DNA of 64,000 nucleotides from Longimicrobiales bacterium (lineage in GTDB: Bacteria > Gemmatimonadota > Gemmatimonadetes > Longimicrobiales > Gaopeijiaceae). The position numbers and the translations under genes were made by a program. The stretch covers positions 3,456,001 to 3,520,000 of the forward strand of contig OZ242008.1 of assembly GCA_965204735.1 (NCBI GenBank). The letters are read 5' to 3'. Below are positions 30,934 to 40,188 of this stretch, piece after piece (the first letter of the stretch is position 1; every line of letters starts with the position of its first letter). The notes beneath the pieces were generated by a model. It was not told the DNA's origin. It made no database searches and saw nothing but the letters and a program-made list of their open reading frames with translations.

Positions 30934-32428
30934 ATTCGATCAAGTGGTCGCCCGGTTGCGCACGGTGCTGAGGCGGCCGGGACCGGTGGTGGTGTCCGCC
31001 GAGGGCAGGCTGGGGCTCTCGCCGCTCCCCTTCGTTCTGGAGGCGACCCGGGGCCGGCGACGAGTCGTCTTCGCGCCGCCGGGCCTGACCGACGCCGCCA
31101 ACCGAAACGCGCTGGCGGCTGCGCTGGCGTCGGGGGACGGGCTCGCTTCGGCGGTCGGTCGGTCGGGGGCGCCGGCGGGCAAGGCGACGGGCGACTGGAG
31201 GAGCCTGCTGGAAGCTCTGCCTTCGATGGCGCCGGTCGTTCTGGTGGTGGACGAGCCGCAGGGGATCACGGCCGTGAACCGCCGCTTCTGGCGCGAGCTG
31301 GGCGAGGCGTGGAAGCTGGTGCGGCGCAGTGGGCAGCGGGTCCAGGTGGTGCTGTGCAGCTGCGAGCGCGGAGTGGGGCGCGAGCTGAACCGTCCCGCTT
31401 CGCCATTGCGCCGCCCGGCGGCCCGTCTGGCGCCCGAACCCTGGCCCGACCCGGTGACGGTGGTGTCCGTGGAGCCCGGAACCCACTACGACCTGGCCGT
31501 TGCGCTTCCGCGCTGGAAGGGTCGCGACCTCCTGATGGGCTGGGCGCTCTTCGGGGGAGTGCCGGAGACGTGGCGGGCGGTGCCGGGTCGGCTCGACCCG
31601 GAGGGCGCCTTGCGGCGGGCCATGACGGGCTCCGGCGGTGCCCGCGACCGGTGGACGGCCGGCAACCGCTGGACGTCGGGACCCTTGGAGCTGCTGCGGC
31701 AGGGCGTGGGAAAGCCCAACCGCTACGCCTCCGTGCTTCGCGCCATGGCGGAAGGCGCCCAAAGCTGGCGGGAAGTCTCGGATCCGGCGTTCCGGGAGTC
31801 GGGAAACCGGAGCGGGGCCGGTCCCTACTTGGCGCGGCTTCGGGAGCTGGGCCTCGTCGCGACGGATCGGCCCCTGGGCGCCAGGGCGGGCGGGCGCCGG
31901 AGCCGCTATCGGCTGACCGACCCCCACGAAGCGTTCTGGTGGTCGGTGGTGCACCCGGCGCGCTCGGAGCTGCTGGTCCCGAGGCAGGCCGCAACGGTCT
32001 GGGCAGAGCGGGTGGCCCCCGCGCTGGACGCCGTGCTGACGCGGGCGCTCCCCGCAATCTGCCGCAACTTCCTTCGGTTCGGCGCGGGGCTGCTCTTGGG
32101 CGCCACGGCCCGGGAGGCGGGTTCGCTGTGGGGTCGCGGCTTCGACTTCCCCGCGGCGGCAACGCTCCGCAACGGCGCGGTCTGCTATGGACACGTCCAC
32201 GCCGGTTCCAAGCCTGCTTCCATGGCGCAGCTCGCCGAAGTGGAGCGCCATGTCCGCGCCACCCGCTACGGCTTCGCCCGCCAAGCCCGGGTCCGGATCG
32301 TCTTCTCCTTGTCGGGCTTCGACGACGACCTCCGCCGCGAGGCCGCCCGGAACCCGCTGGTCCGGCTGGCGGGGGTGGAGGAACTGGCCCGGGGAACCTT
32401 TTCGGCAGGGGGTGGTAACAGGGGTTGA
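30929..32428 (+). CDS. Degenerate archaeal-type ATPase / wHTH / DUF234-like protein
   Basis: Walker B VLVVDEPQ, FGGVP, YLARLRELGLV and YRLTDP...FW; no Walker A GKT/S. Confidence 0.7.
   Translation: MLFDQVVARLRTVLRRPGPVVVSAEGRLGLSPLPFVLEATRGRRRVVFAPPGLTDAANRNALAAALASGDGLASAVGRSGAPAGKATGDWRSLLEALPSMAPVVLVVDEPQGITAVNRRFWRELGEAWKLVRRSGQRVQVVLCSCERGVGRELNRPASPLRRPAARLAPEPWPDPVTVVSVEPGTHYDLAVALPRWKGRDLLMGWALFGGVPETWRAVPGRLDPEGALRRAMTGSGGARDRWTAGNRWTSGPLELLRQGVGKPNRYASVLRAMAEGAQSWREVSDPAFRESGNRSGAGPYLARLRELGLVATDRPLGARAGGRRSRYRLTDPHEAFWWSVVHPARSELLVPRQAATVWAERVAPALDAVLTRALPAICRNFLRFGAGLLLGATAREAGSLWGRGFDFPAAATLRNGAVCYGHVHAGSKPASMAQLAEVERHVRATRYGFARQARVRIVFSLSGFDDDLRREAARNPLVRLAGVEELARGTFSAGGGNRG
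32391..32417 (+). promoter_or_regulatory. Putative ECF-sigma promoter, GGGGAACC-N16-GTA
   Basis: GGGGAACCttttcggcagggggtgGTA, pointing into the HExxH gene and tandem array. Confidence 0.5.
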
Positions 32429-32513
32429 AGGCGTCGCCGGCACCGGGCCGGAAGCCGCCTGGACAGTAGTAGCGAGATAATCGGGTATTCGATAGTCTAC
32501 TGCGAGCCGCCGG

Positions 32514-34373
32514 TGTCAAGCCAAAGTAGAAATGTCCGGTAGTTGGCCAAAGTAGAAATGTCCCCCCTGATGGTGTGGACGGTGGGTTCTTCCTGAGGCC
32601 GGGGGCCAGGTGTCGGGCGCAGGACACGCGGATCCAGCAAGCCTGGGCTGGACGGCGCCGGGCGCCCTGTTCCAGGCGCTTCAAGGCCAGTGGCGGCCGG
32701 GCGAGTCGAGGTCGTCGCCGTGGCCAAGCTCTGGCCGGGTGGACGCCAACGCGGACGGGTCCGGACACTGCTGCCCCGATGGCTCGCAGTTCGCACTGAG
32801 CCTGCCAGCTCGGACGGTCGTGGTGCGCCGAGCGACCTGCGCAGCGCCGGCAAGCCTCGGAGGCACGGATGCCGACACTGCGGTCGCGTCCGACCTTTGC
32901 GGGAAGGGGAGTGCGAGCTGCCGTCCCCGCCTGCAGGCTCAGGACGAGGTCCTGCACCGCTCGGGACCGGTCCCGTTGGAGTGGGCGGCGCGGTGTTCCC
33001 GCTTGGCCACGGCCTGGGCCACGCTGGCGCTGAAGTGCTTGCGCCACGGGTGATCCCTTCCCGGCTTCGGCGGCTTGGGCCTGGGCTTGGCCGTCGCGGG
33101 CGCCGGCGCCGGCTTGGGCGTCGCCGACCGGACCGCCCCCAAGGCCTTGGGCGTCAGGTAGCAGCCGCGATGCCGGAAGCGCAGCTCGCCCGAGAGGCGC
33201 CGTTCGACGACGACGGGGGAGCCCGGCGCGACGCCGGCCGCCTCGGCGTCGCGGGCCGTGACCTGCCAGAAGCGGTTCTCGAAGCGCACGGTGAAGTCGC
33301 GGGCCACGACCCGCGTGTCCGTCTCGGCGAAGAGGGCTTCCAGATCGATGTCCTGAGGCAGCGGGCGATGGGCGTCGAGGGGATCGGCCGGCGCCACCGT
33401 GAAGCGTTCGTTCCAGAACGGAACCCACCGCTCCTCCAAGTAGCGGTTCGCCGCCTCGAGCGTGGTGACTCGCGCCAAGCGCATCTCTTTGACCAGCCGG
33501 TCCTGCGCCGTGCCGAACGTCCGCTCGACCCGGCCCTTCGCCTGCGGCGAGTTCGCCAGGACCACCTCGACGCCCAGCTTCTCCAGCGCCGTGCCGATGA
33601 TCGTCCGGGTCCGCTTGCCCTCCGGGCCGAGGCGCTGCCCGAAGTGGCCCGCGTGGTCCACGTACACCGCCCTCGGCCGTCCGTGGCGTTCGAGGCACTC
33701 GACGATCGCTCGCCGATTCGCGGCGCCCGTGTCGCGCTCGACGAAGCGACCGTGCATGAACCCGCTCGTCGCGTCGTCGTGCAGCGCGATCAGCACGAGG
33801 TCGGGCGGCCCCCGGTCTTCAAGCCAGGCGTGAACCGAGCTGTCCCACTGGAGCAGCTCGCCCCGCGCGGCGCGACGCGGCCGTCGGCGCCGGTGCTTCG
33901 CCCGCTTGCGCTTGCGCTGCCACAAGCCCGCGCCCTTCCGCCATGCCCGCAGCGTCTCCGCGCTGACGCGCACGCCCAGCTCCCGCTCGACATGCTCCGC
34001 CAGAAACGTGGCGCCGAAGTCGGCGTAGTCGGGGTCCCTGGCCATGACCAGCACCTGCTCCCGCGTCTCCGACGGCAGCGACCGGTTCGACCTCCGACCC
34101 CGGAGCCCGTGCACGACCACCTCGTCGCCCGCCGCCTCGAACCGGCGGCGCACGCGCCGGAAGTGACGCTCCGTCACCCCGAAGCGCGCCGCGCCGTCGG
34201 CCGCCGCCAGCACGCCTTCGCTCACCTGCCTCAACACCGAGATCCGGTCCCGCTCCTTCAAGCTCAACTCCATTCGCTCCTCTCCCGGGCACGAGTTCGA
34301 CTCCCGCCGAACATCGCCCGAAAGAGGACATTTCTATCTTGGTAAGACCGGACATTTCTAAATTGGTACGACA
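32514..34373 (-). mobile_element. Insertion sequence, IS1202-like (ISNCY/IS481-related), 1860 bp, with a 17-bp target-site duplication
   Basis: Ends TGTC...GACA with doubled TAGAAATGTCC subterminal motifs at both ends; flanking direct repeat CTACTGCGAGCCGCCGG at 32497-32513 and 34374-34390. Confidence 0.92.
32939..34273 (-). CDS. DDE (rve-type) transposase
   Basis: N-terminal HTH; LLQWDSSVHAW, HDDATS, VYVDHAGHF and SPQAKGRVERTFGTAQDRL. Confidence 0.95.
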   Translation of the reverse strand: MELSLKERDRISVLRQVSEGVLAAADGAARFGVTERHFRRVRRRFEAAGDEVVVHGLRGRRSNRSLPSETREQVLVMARDPDYADFGATFLAEHVERELGVRVSAETLRAWRKGAGLWQRKRKRAKHRRRRPRRAARGELLQWDSSVHAWLEDRGPPDLVLIALHDDATSGFMHGRFVERDTGAANRRAIVECLERHGRPRAVYVDHAGHFGQRLGPEGKRTRTIIGTALEKLGVEVVLANSPQAKGRVERTFGTAQDRLVKEMRLARVTTLEAANRYLEERWVPFWNERFTVAPADPLDAHRPLPQDIDLEALFAETDTRVVARDFTVRFENRFWQVTARDAEAAGVAPGSPVVVERRLSGELRFRHRGCYLTPKALGAVRSATPKPAPAPATAKPRPKPPKPGRDHPWRKHFSASVAQAVAKREHRAAHSNGTGPERCRTSS

Positions 34374-35346
34374 CTACTGCGAGCCGCCGGAAGGCGGCGA
34401 CGGGGGAGGCGGCCCCAACTCAGGCGGCGAGGGCACCGACCCCACAGACACGACCGCAGTGACGATCGGGTTGACGTGTCCGTCCACCGTCCGTCGCGGC
34501 GAATCGGCGACCTGTTCCATCACCAAGGACCCTGCGACCGCGGCGGTGACGAACGTGAGCTGGCAGTTCTCGAACTCCGACGTGACGAACACGAAGCAGA
34601 ACGGCGAGAGCTGGGGAGGTCGGGCAGCATCCACGGGCACGATGACGGTCACGGGCAACGCCGGCGGGAACAGCTTCACGTTGACCAAGACGGTGACCGT
34701 CCAGAACCGGGGATGGCAATGGCCCGTGACGACGGGATGGGCGTCGGGCAGCGAAGTGGACAGTTGCGTCGGTCGTCGTGCCGGCGCGGTGGTTCAAGCG
34801 AACTGCTCCCACGAGTGGTTTGACAAGGACGGGTTCTCTGTAACGCAGGGTTCGGGGCCATGGGCGGGTCTCTACTACGTCTCGAATCCATCGGCGGGAC
34901 TGGACCTTAAAGCTGGCCTGAACCCCATGTTCCGGGCCGACGGTCCAACGCATCCGCTGGCCGGCGGCAACACCACGTTGGTTTCCGGCTGTCAACGCCG
35001 CTTGGGGTCGGTGGTTGTAGCAGTCAACGCCCATCAGGCAAACACGGTGTGCACGACGATGAGCGACTTCACCAACGCCATAGCTGCCATCCGTTCTCAC
35101 GAGGAAGGGCACATGAACGCTGGCGTCAGTGCGGCCAGGGCAGACGACCTGTACGAAGACTGGGACGCGATCGTTCGCAACCGCAGGAGGGATGCGAGCA
35201 GTGCTGCCAGCGAGGCGGCGAACACAGCATATGCTCGAGTCAGGACTGCCATCCTGGGGACGCACACGGGCGCGACCCTCACATACAACTTCTGGACGTT
35301 CACGTCGGGCAGCTGGAGCATGGGCGGCGTCCACCTACAGAACTGA
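34374..35346 (+). pseudogene. IS-interrupted, 5'-truncated gene for a probable secreted protein (Gly linker, Ig-like domain, C-terminal HExxH)
   Basis: The frame continues across the TSD (SSSEIIGYSIV-YCEPP at 32465-32512, resuming YCEPPEGGDGGGG after the IS); RSHEEGHMNAG motif; no in-frame ATG, GTG or TTG between the stop at 32428 and the IS. Confidence 0.7.
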
Positions 35347-35369
35347 TCACCTTGCCAAGAAAGGACAGC

Positions 35370-36458
35370 ATGATGAAGATCGTGACCATCGGGCTGCTCG
35401 CGCTCGTGGCGGGCTTGGCCGACCCGACGACGCTGACGGCCCAAGCGGCGCGGCCGATACCGACGCCCGCCAGCGCGCTGGCCAACATGCGGGAGTCGGG
35501 GAACTCCGGCGACGCCCACGCAGTCTTGACCCTGCGACACGGCTATCGGCCCCGGAGCGAGCTCGACGCCTTCGCCGACAGCTTGGTCGCCCTCGCCATC
35601 GAACACGAGAGAACCGGGTTGACCTTGAGCCCGGCGCTAGAGGCTTTATGGACATCGGCGTTGCCAGAAGAAGAGGACGCCATACCGTACACCGGTGCGT
35701 ACGAGGCCATAGAGCGAGTGTTCGCGGCAACACAGTCCCGGAGCGCGTTGGCCTACATGGCCAAAGTCGACCCGCACCGGGCTCGACCTCTCGTGCTGGA
35801 GCGGGTCGTGGCAAGCGACCACGAGATTGCGTGTCCAGCTAACGACATCCTCCGGGATTACATCGAGGGCGGCGAGGAGCTGCTGCGGCAGCTGACGGAC
35901 AGCGGCGCCCTCGTCCACGAGTGTCTGGCCGTACACGGGACCCAGATGACAATGATGGACCCCATCGAGCCGCAGCTGCCGCCTCCCTTCAGCGGCATCT
36001 TGGCGGCGGTGGAGGCGGGGGACTCGGCGGCAAGCCGGCAAGCGGTGAACATTCTGACCGGTGTAGGAGAGTGGCGACACCTCGACGAGCAGGCTTGGCT
36101 GGTGGACAGCCTGGTGGCGCTGGCGTCGTCCGGCGACGGCGACAGTGCGGTGGCTGCACGAGCTTGGGAAGTGCTGGAGAGGTCGGCGCACCCCCCGGAC
36201 ACTGTTCAGTGGTACGCACTCACATATGACGCTGTGTTCAGGGTGTTCAAGGCCACGGGGTCTCAAGCGGCGCTGGAGTCGCTGGCACGGATCGAGACCG
36301 GTAGCCCGACATGGCTCCTGGCCAGCATGGCGAGCCGCGACACCGCCGTGTCGTGCAGGGCGCGAGCGGTCCTGGCCCAGATGAACGACGGTCCCCGGCT
36401 GTTGCGCGAGATGAGAGATGCGGGGATGCTCGCGTACCGATGCCCGGGCGGCATGTAG
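35370..36458 (+). CDS. Secreted alpha-helical two-repeat protein, copy 1 (362 aa)
   Basis: Signal peptide MMKIVTIGLLALVAGLA; RBS AAGGA. Confidence 0.8.
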   Translation: MMKIVTIGLLALVAGLADPTTLTAQAARPIPTPASALANMRESGNSGDAHAVLTLRHGYRPRSELDAFADSLVALAIEHERTGLTLSPALEALWTSALPEEEDAIPYTGAYEAIERVFAATQSRSALAYMAKVDPHRARPLVLERVVASDHEIACPANDILRDYIEGGEELLRQLTDSGALVHECLAVHGTQMTMMDPIEPQLPPPFSGILAAVEAGDSAASRQAVNILTGVGEWRHLDEQAWLVDSLVALASSGDGDSAVAARAWEVLERSAHPPDTVQWYALTYDAVFRVFKATGSQAALESLARIETGSPTWLLASMASRDTAVSCRARAVLAQMNDGPRLLREMRDAGMLAYRCPGGM

Positions 36459-36495
36459 CTGGGGTTGCGGGTTGAACACGCTGCGCCTCAAGAAC

Positions 36496-37584
36496 ATGAT
36501 GAAGATCGTGACCATCGGGCTGCTCGCGCTCGTGGCGGGCTTGGCCGACCCGGCGACGCTGACGGCCCAAGCGGCGCGGCCGATACCGACGCCCGCCAGC
36601 GCGCTGGCCAAACTGCGGGAGTCGGGGAGTTCCGGCGACGCCCGCGACGTCTTGACCCAGCGACACGGCTATCGGTCCCCGAGCGAGCTCGACGCCCTCG
36701 CCGACAGCTTGGTCGTCCTCGCCATCGAACACGAGAGAACCGGGTCGATCTTGAGCCCGGCGCGAGAGGCCTTGTGGGCATCGGCGTTGCCAGAAGAAGA
36801 GGACGCCATTCCGTACACCGGTGCGTACGAGGCCATAGAGCGAGTGTTCGCGGCAACGCAGTCCTGGGCCGCGTTGGCCGACATGGCCGAAGTCGACCCG
36901 CACCGGGCTCGACCTCTCGTGCTGGAGCGGGTCGTGGCACGCGACCACGAGATTGCGTGTCCAGCTAACCGCATCCTCCGGGACTACATCGAGGGCGGCG
37001 AGGAGCTGCTGCGGCAGCTGACGGACAGCGGCGCCCTCGTCCACGAGTGTCTGGCCGTACACGGCACCCAGATGACAATGATCGACCCCATCGAGCCGCA
37101 GCTGCCGCCTCCCTTCAGCGGCATCTTGGCGGCGGTGGAGGCGGGGGACTCGGCGGCAAGCCGGCAAGCGGTGAACATTCTGACCGGTGTAGGAGAGTGG
37201 CGACACTTCGACGAGCAGGCTTGGCTGGTGGACAGCCTCGTGGCGCTGGCGTCGTCCGGCGACGGCGACAGTGCGGTGGCTGCGCGAGCTTGGGAAGTGC
37301 TGGAGAGGTCGGCGCACCCCCCGGACCCTGTTCAGCCGTACGTCTTCGCGTATGAAGCTGTGTTCAGGGTGTTCGAGGCCACGGGGTCCCAAGCGGCGCT
37401 GGAGTCGCTGGCACGGATCGAGGCAGGTAGCACGACATTGTTCCTGGCCGACGTGGCGAGCCGCGACGCCGCCGTGTCGTGCAGGGCGCGAGCGGTCCTG
37501 GCCCAGATGAACGACGGTCCCCGGCTGTTGCGCGAGATGAGAGATGCGGGGATGCTCGCGTACCGATGCCCGGGCGGCATGTAG
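36496..37584 (+). CDS. Secreted alpha-helical two-repeat protein, copy 2 (362 aa)
   Basis: Tandem paralogue at a period of 1126 bp. Confidence 0.8.
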   Translation: MMKIVTIGLLALVAGLADPATLTAQAARPIPTPASALAKLRESGSSGDARDVLTQRHGYRSPSELDALADSLVVLAIEHERTGSILSPAREALWASALPEEEDAIPYTGAYEAIERVFAATQSWAALADMAEVDPHRARPLVLERVVARDHEIACPANRILRDYIEGGEELLRQLTDSGALVHECLAVHGTQMTMIDPIEPQLPPPFSGILAAVEAGDSAASRQAVNILTGVGEWRHFDEQAWLVDSLVALASSGDGDSAVAARAWEVLERSAHPPDPVQPYVFAYEAVFRVFEATGSQAALESLARIEAGSTTLFLADVASRDAAVSCRARAVLAQMNDGPRLLREMRDAGMLAYRCPGGM

Positions 37585-37621
37585 CTGGGGTTGCGGGTTG
37601 AACACGCCGCGCGTCGTGAAC

Positions 37622-38710
37622 ATGATGAAGATCGTGACCATCGGGCTGCTCGCGCTCGTGGCGGGCTTGGCCGACCCGGCGACGCTGACGGCCCAAGCGG
37701 CGCGGCCGATACCGACGCCCGCCAGCGCGCTGGCCAACATGCGGGAGTCGGGGAACTCTGACGACGCCCACGACATCTTGACCCAGCGACACGGCTATCG
37801 GCCCCGGAGCGAGCTCGACGCCTTCGCCGACAGCTTGGTCGTCCTCGCCATCGAACACGAGAGAACCGGCTTGATCTTGAGCCCGGCGCTAGAGGCTTTG
37901 TGGACATCGGCGTTGCCAGAAGAAGGGGACCCCATTCCGTACACCGGTGCGTACGAGGCCATAGAGCGAGTGTTCGCAGCAACACTGTCCTGGGACGCGT
38001 TGGCCTACATGGCCGAAGTCGACCCGCACCGGGCTCGACCTCTCGTGCTGGAGCGGGTCATGGCAAGCGACCGCGAGGTTGCGTGTCAAGCTAACGTCAT
38101 CCTCCAGTACCGCCTCGAGGGCGGCGAGGAGCTGCGGCGGAAGCTGATGGACAGCGGCGCCCTCGTCCACCACTGTTCGGTCGGACACTTTGACACACTG
38201 ATCATGGTCGACCCCATCGAGCCGCAGCTGCCGCCTCCCTTCCGCGGCATCTTGGCGGCGGTGGAGGCAGGGGACTCGGCGGCAAGCCGGCAAGCGGTCA
38301 ACATTCTGACCGGTGTAGGAGAGTGGCGACACTTCGACGAGCAGGCTTGGCTGGTGGACAGCCTCGTGGCGCTGGCGTCGTCCGGCGACGGCGACAGTGC
38401 GGTGGCTGCGCGAGCTTGGGAAGTGCTGGAGAGGTCGGCGCACCCCCCGGACACTGTTCAGTGGTACGCACTCACATATGAAGCTGTGTTCAGGGTGTTC
38501 GAGGCCACGGGGTCTCAAGCGGCACTGGAGTCGCTGGCACGGATCGAGGCAGGTAGCACGACATTGTTCCTGGCCGACATGGCGAGCCTAGACGCCGCCG
38601 TGTCGTGCAGGGCGCGTGCGGTCCTGGCCCAGATGAACGACGGTCCCCAGCTGTTGCGCGAGATGAGAGATGCGGGGATGCTCGCGTACCGATGCCCGGG
38701 CGGCATGTAG
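37622..38710 (+). CDS. Secreted alpha-helical two-repeat protein, copy 3 (362 aa)
   Basis: Tandem paralogue at a period of 1126 bp. Confidence 0.8.
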   Translation: MMKIVTIGLLALVAGLADPATLTAQAARPIPTPASALANMRESGNSDDAHDILTQRHGYRPRSELDAFADSLVVLAIEHERTGLILSPALEALWTSALPEEGDPIPYTGAYEAIERVFAATLSWDALAYMAEVDPHRARPLVLERVMASDREVACQANVILQYRLEGGEELRRKLMDSGALVHHCSVGHFDTLIMVDPIEPQLPPPFRGILAAVEAGDSAASRQAVNILTGVGEWRHFDEQAWLVDSLVALASSGDGDSAVAARAWEVLERSAHPPDTVQWYALTYEAVFRVFEATGSQAALESLARIEAGSTTLFLADMASLDAAVSCRARAVLAQMNDGPQLLREMRDAGMLAYRCPGGM

Positions 38711-38823
38711 CTGGGGAGTAGCGATCGCGGCGAATCGACGTCGAAGCCCGCGAGCCGCGTCCCGCGCCCGGTAGCGAGCGGCCGGCGATGGAGACGAGTC
38801 GCCGACCGCTCGCAGGGCCGTGC

Positions 38824-39315
38824 TCAGGAAGGGTCGTTCACCCGCGACTCGTCGTCGTCGGGGTCGTCGTCCGCTTCCGGCTGCACGGGACACGCCGCGC
38901 GCCAGCTGCCCGGCGCCTGGCTCGGATGGTAGAGGACGAAGACGCCCCCGTTGCGGCACGCGTCGTGCCGAAGCGCGCGGGCCATGCACCGCCGGAAGGC
39001 GTCCAGCTCGAGGCGGTTCGTCGCGTCCTCGACCGCGCAGACGGCCGCGCTCCCCTCGGGATCGTCCTGGGGCCTCGCGCCCGCGCCCAGGTCCTGGATC
39101 CTGTAGGACCGGTCGTTGCCGGCGAAGACGACCTGGACCGGGCCGCCCTTCGACTCGGCGGCGGCGAAGATCGTCGTCCAGGGGTTGGTGGTCTCGGTGG
39201 TCTCCCGGGGCTCGTCCGCGAGCTTGGTGGGCGTGGCGTCGTCGTCGCAGGCGACGGCCACGAGGGCCAGCGCCAGCGCGGCGAAGGCCGTCCTCATGGA
39301 TGCGGCTGCTTTCAT
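38824..39315 (-). CDS. Cys-containing hypothetical lipoprotein, copy A (163 aa)
   Basis: Lipobox LVAVAC; RBS AGGAG; near-identical to 39591-40082. Confidence 0.75.
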   Translation of the reverse strand: MKAAASMRTAFAALALALVAVACDDDATPTKLADEPRETTETTNPWTTIFAAAESKGGPVQVVFAGNDRSYRIQDLGAGARPQDDPEGSAAVCAVEDATNRLELDAFRRCMARALRHDACRNGGVFVLYHPSQAPGSWRAACPVQPEADDDPDDDESRVNDPS

Positions 39316-39398
39316 GACTGCTCCTGGCTGATGATGGTTCCGACCGCCTTGCGGCTCGTCGTCGGTGGCGAGCCCGCTGTCGGGGCCGTGCTGTTCCG

Positions 39399-39425
39399 TA
39401 CACCGGAAATCGGAAAGGGTTCCCC
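39399..39425 (-). promoter_or_regulatory. Putative ECF-sigma promoter, GGGGAACC-N16-GTA
   Basis: Conserved within an otherwise diverged upstream region of the duplicated gene. Confidence 0.55.
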
Positions 39426-39590
39426 TCGGTGGGAGGGGGGTCTCGCGCAGCCGTGCCGGCGCGCCTGCTGAGTGATCGTCTCGCCCGGGGGGTGGCCCCC
39501 GCGCTGGACGCCGTGCTGGGCGCGCGACCCACGCCCGGCTGCGAGCGGCCGGCGATGGAGACGAGTCGCCGACCGCTCGCAGGGCCGTGC

Positions 39591-40082
39591 TCAGGCCGGG
39601 TCGTTCACCCGCGACTCGTCGTCGTCGGGGTCGTCGTCCGCTTCCGGCTGCACGGGACACGCCGCGCGCCAGCTGCCCGGCGCCTGGCTCGGATGGTAGA
39701 GGACGAAGACGCCCCCGTTGCGGCACGCGTCGTGCCGAAGCGCGCGGGCCATGCACCGCCGGAAGGCGTCCAGCTCGAGGCGGTTCGTCGCGTCCTCGAC
39801 CGCGCAGACGGCCGCGCTCCCCTCGGGATCGTCCTGGGGCCTCGCGCCCTCGCCCAGGTCCTGGATCCTGTAGGACCGGTCGCTGCCGGCGAAGACGACC
39901 TGGACCGGGCCGCCCTTCGACTCGGCGGCGGCGAAGATCGTCGTCCAGGGGTTGGGGGTCTCGGTGAGCTCGCGGGGCTCGTCCGCGAGCTTGGTGGGCG
40001 CGGCGTCGTCGTCGCAGGCGACGGCCACGAGGGCCAGCGCCAGCGTGGCGAAGGCCGCCCTGATGGATGCGGCTGCTTTCAT
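39591..40082 (-). CDS. Cys-containing hypothetical lipoprotein, copy B (163 aa)
   Basis: Duplicate at a period of 767 bp; RBS GAGGAG. Confidence 0.75.
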   Translation of the reverse strand: MKAAASIRAAFATLALALVAVACDDDAAPTKLADEPRELTETPNPWTTIFAAAESKGGPVQVVFAGSDRSYRIQDLGEGARPQDDPEGSAAVCAVEDATNRLELDAFRRCMARALRHDACRNGGVFVLYHPSQAPGSWRAACPVQPEADDDPDDDESRVNDPA

Positions 40083-40161
40083 GATTGCTCCTCGCGATCG
40101 GTCCCGACCGCTGCGGCTCGCCGTCGGTGGCGGGCCCGCGTCCGGGTCTGTACCGATCCAA

Positions 40162-40188
40162 TACACCGGGATTCGGAAAGGGTTCCCC
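40162..40188 (-). promoter_or_regulatory. Putative ECF-sigma promoter, GGGGAACC-N16-GTA
   Basis: Same motif and spacing upstream of copy B. Confidence 0.55.

Noticed and set aside
32468..32497. dif/Xer-like site next to the IS (gcgagataa-tcgggt-attcgatagt)
   Set aside because: Poor match to the XerD arm TTATGTTAAAT; the segment reads as coding sequence of the interrupted gene.
35370..38710. Diversity-generating retroelement as the source of array variation
   Set aside because: No reverse transcriptase in the window, no separate template repeat, and the differences are not confined to adenines.
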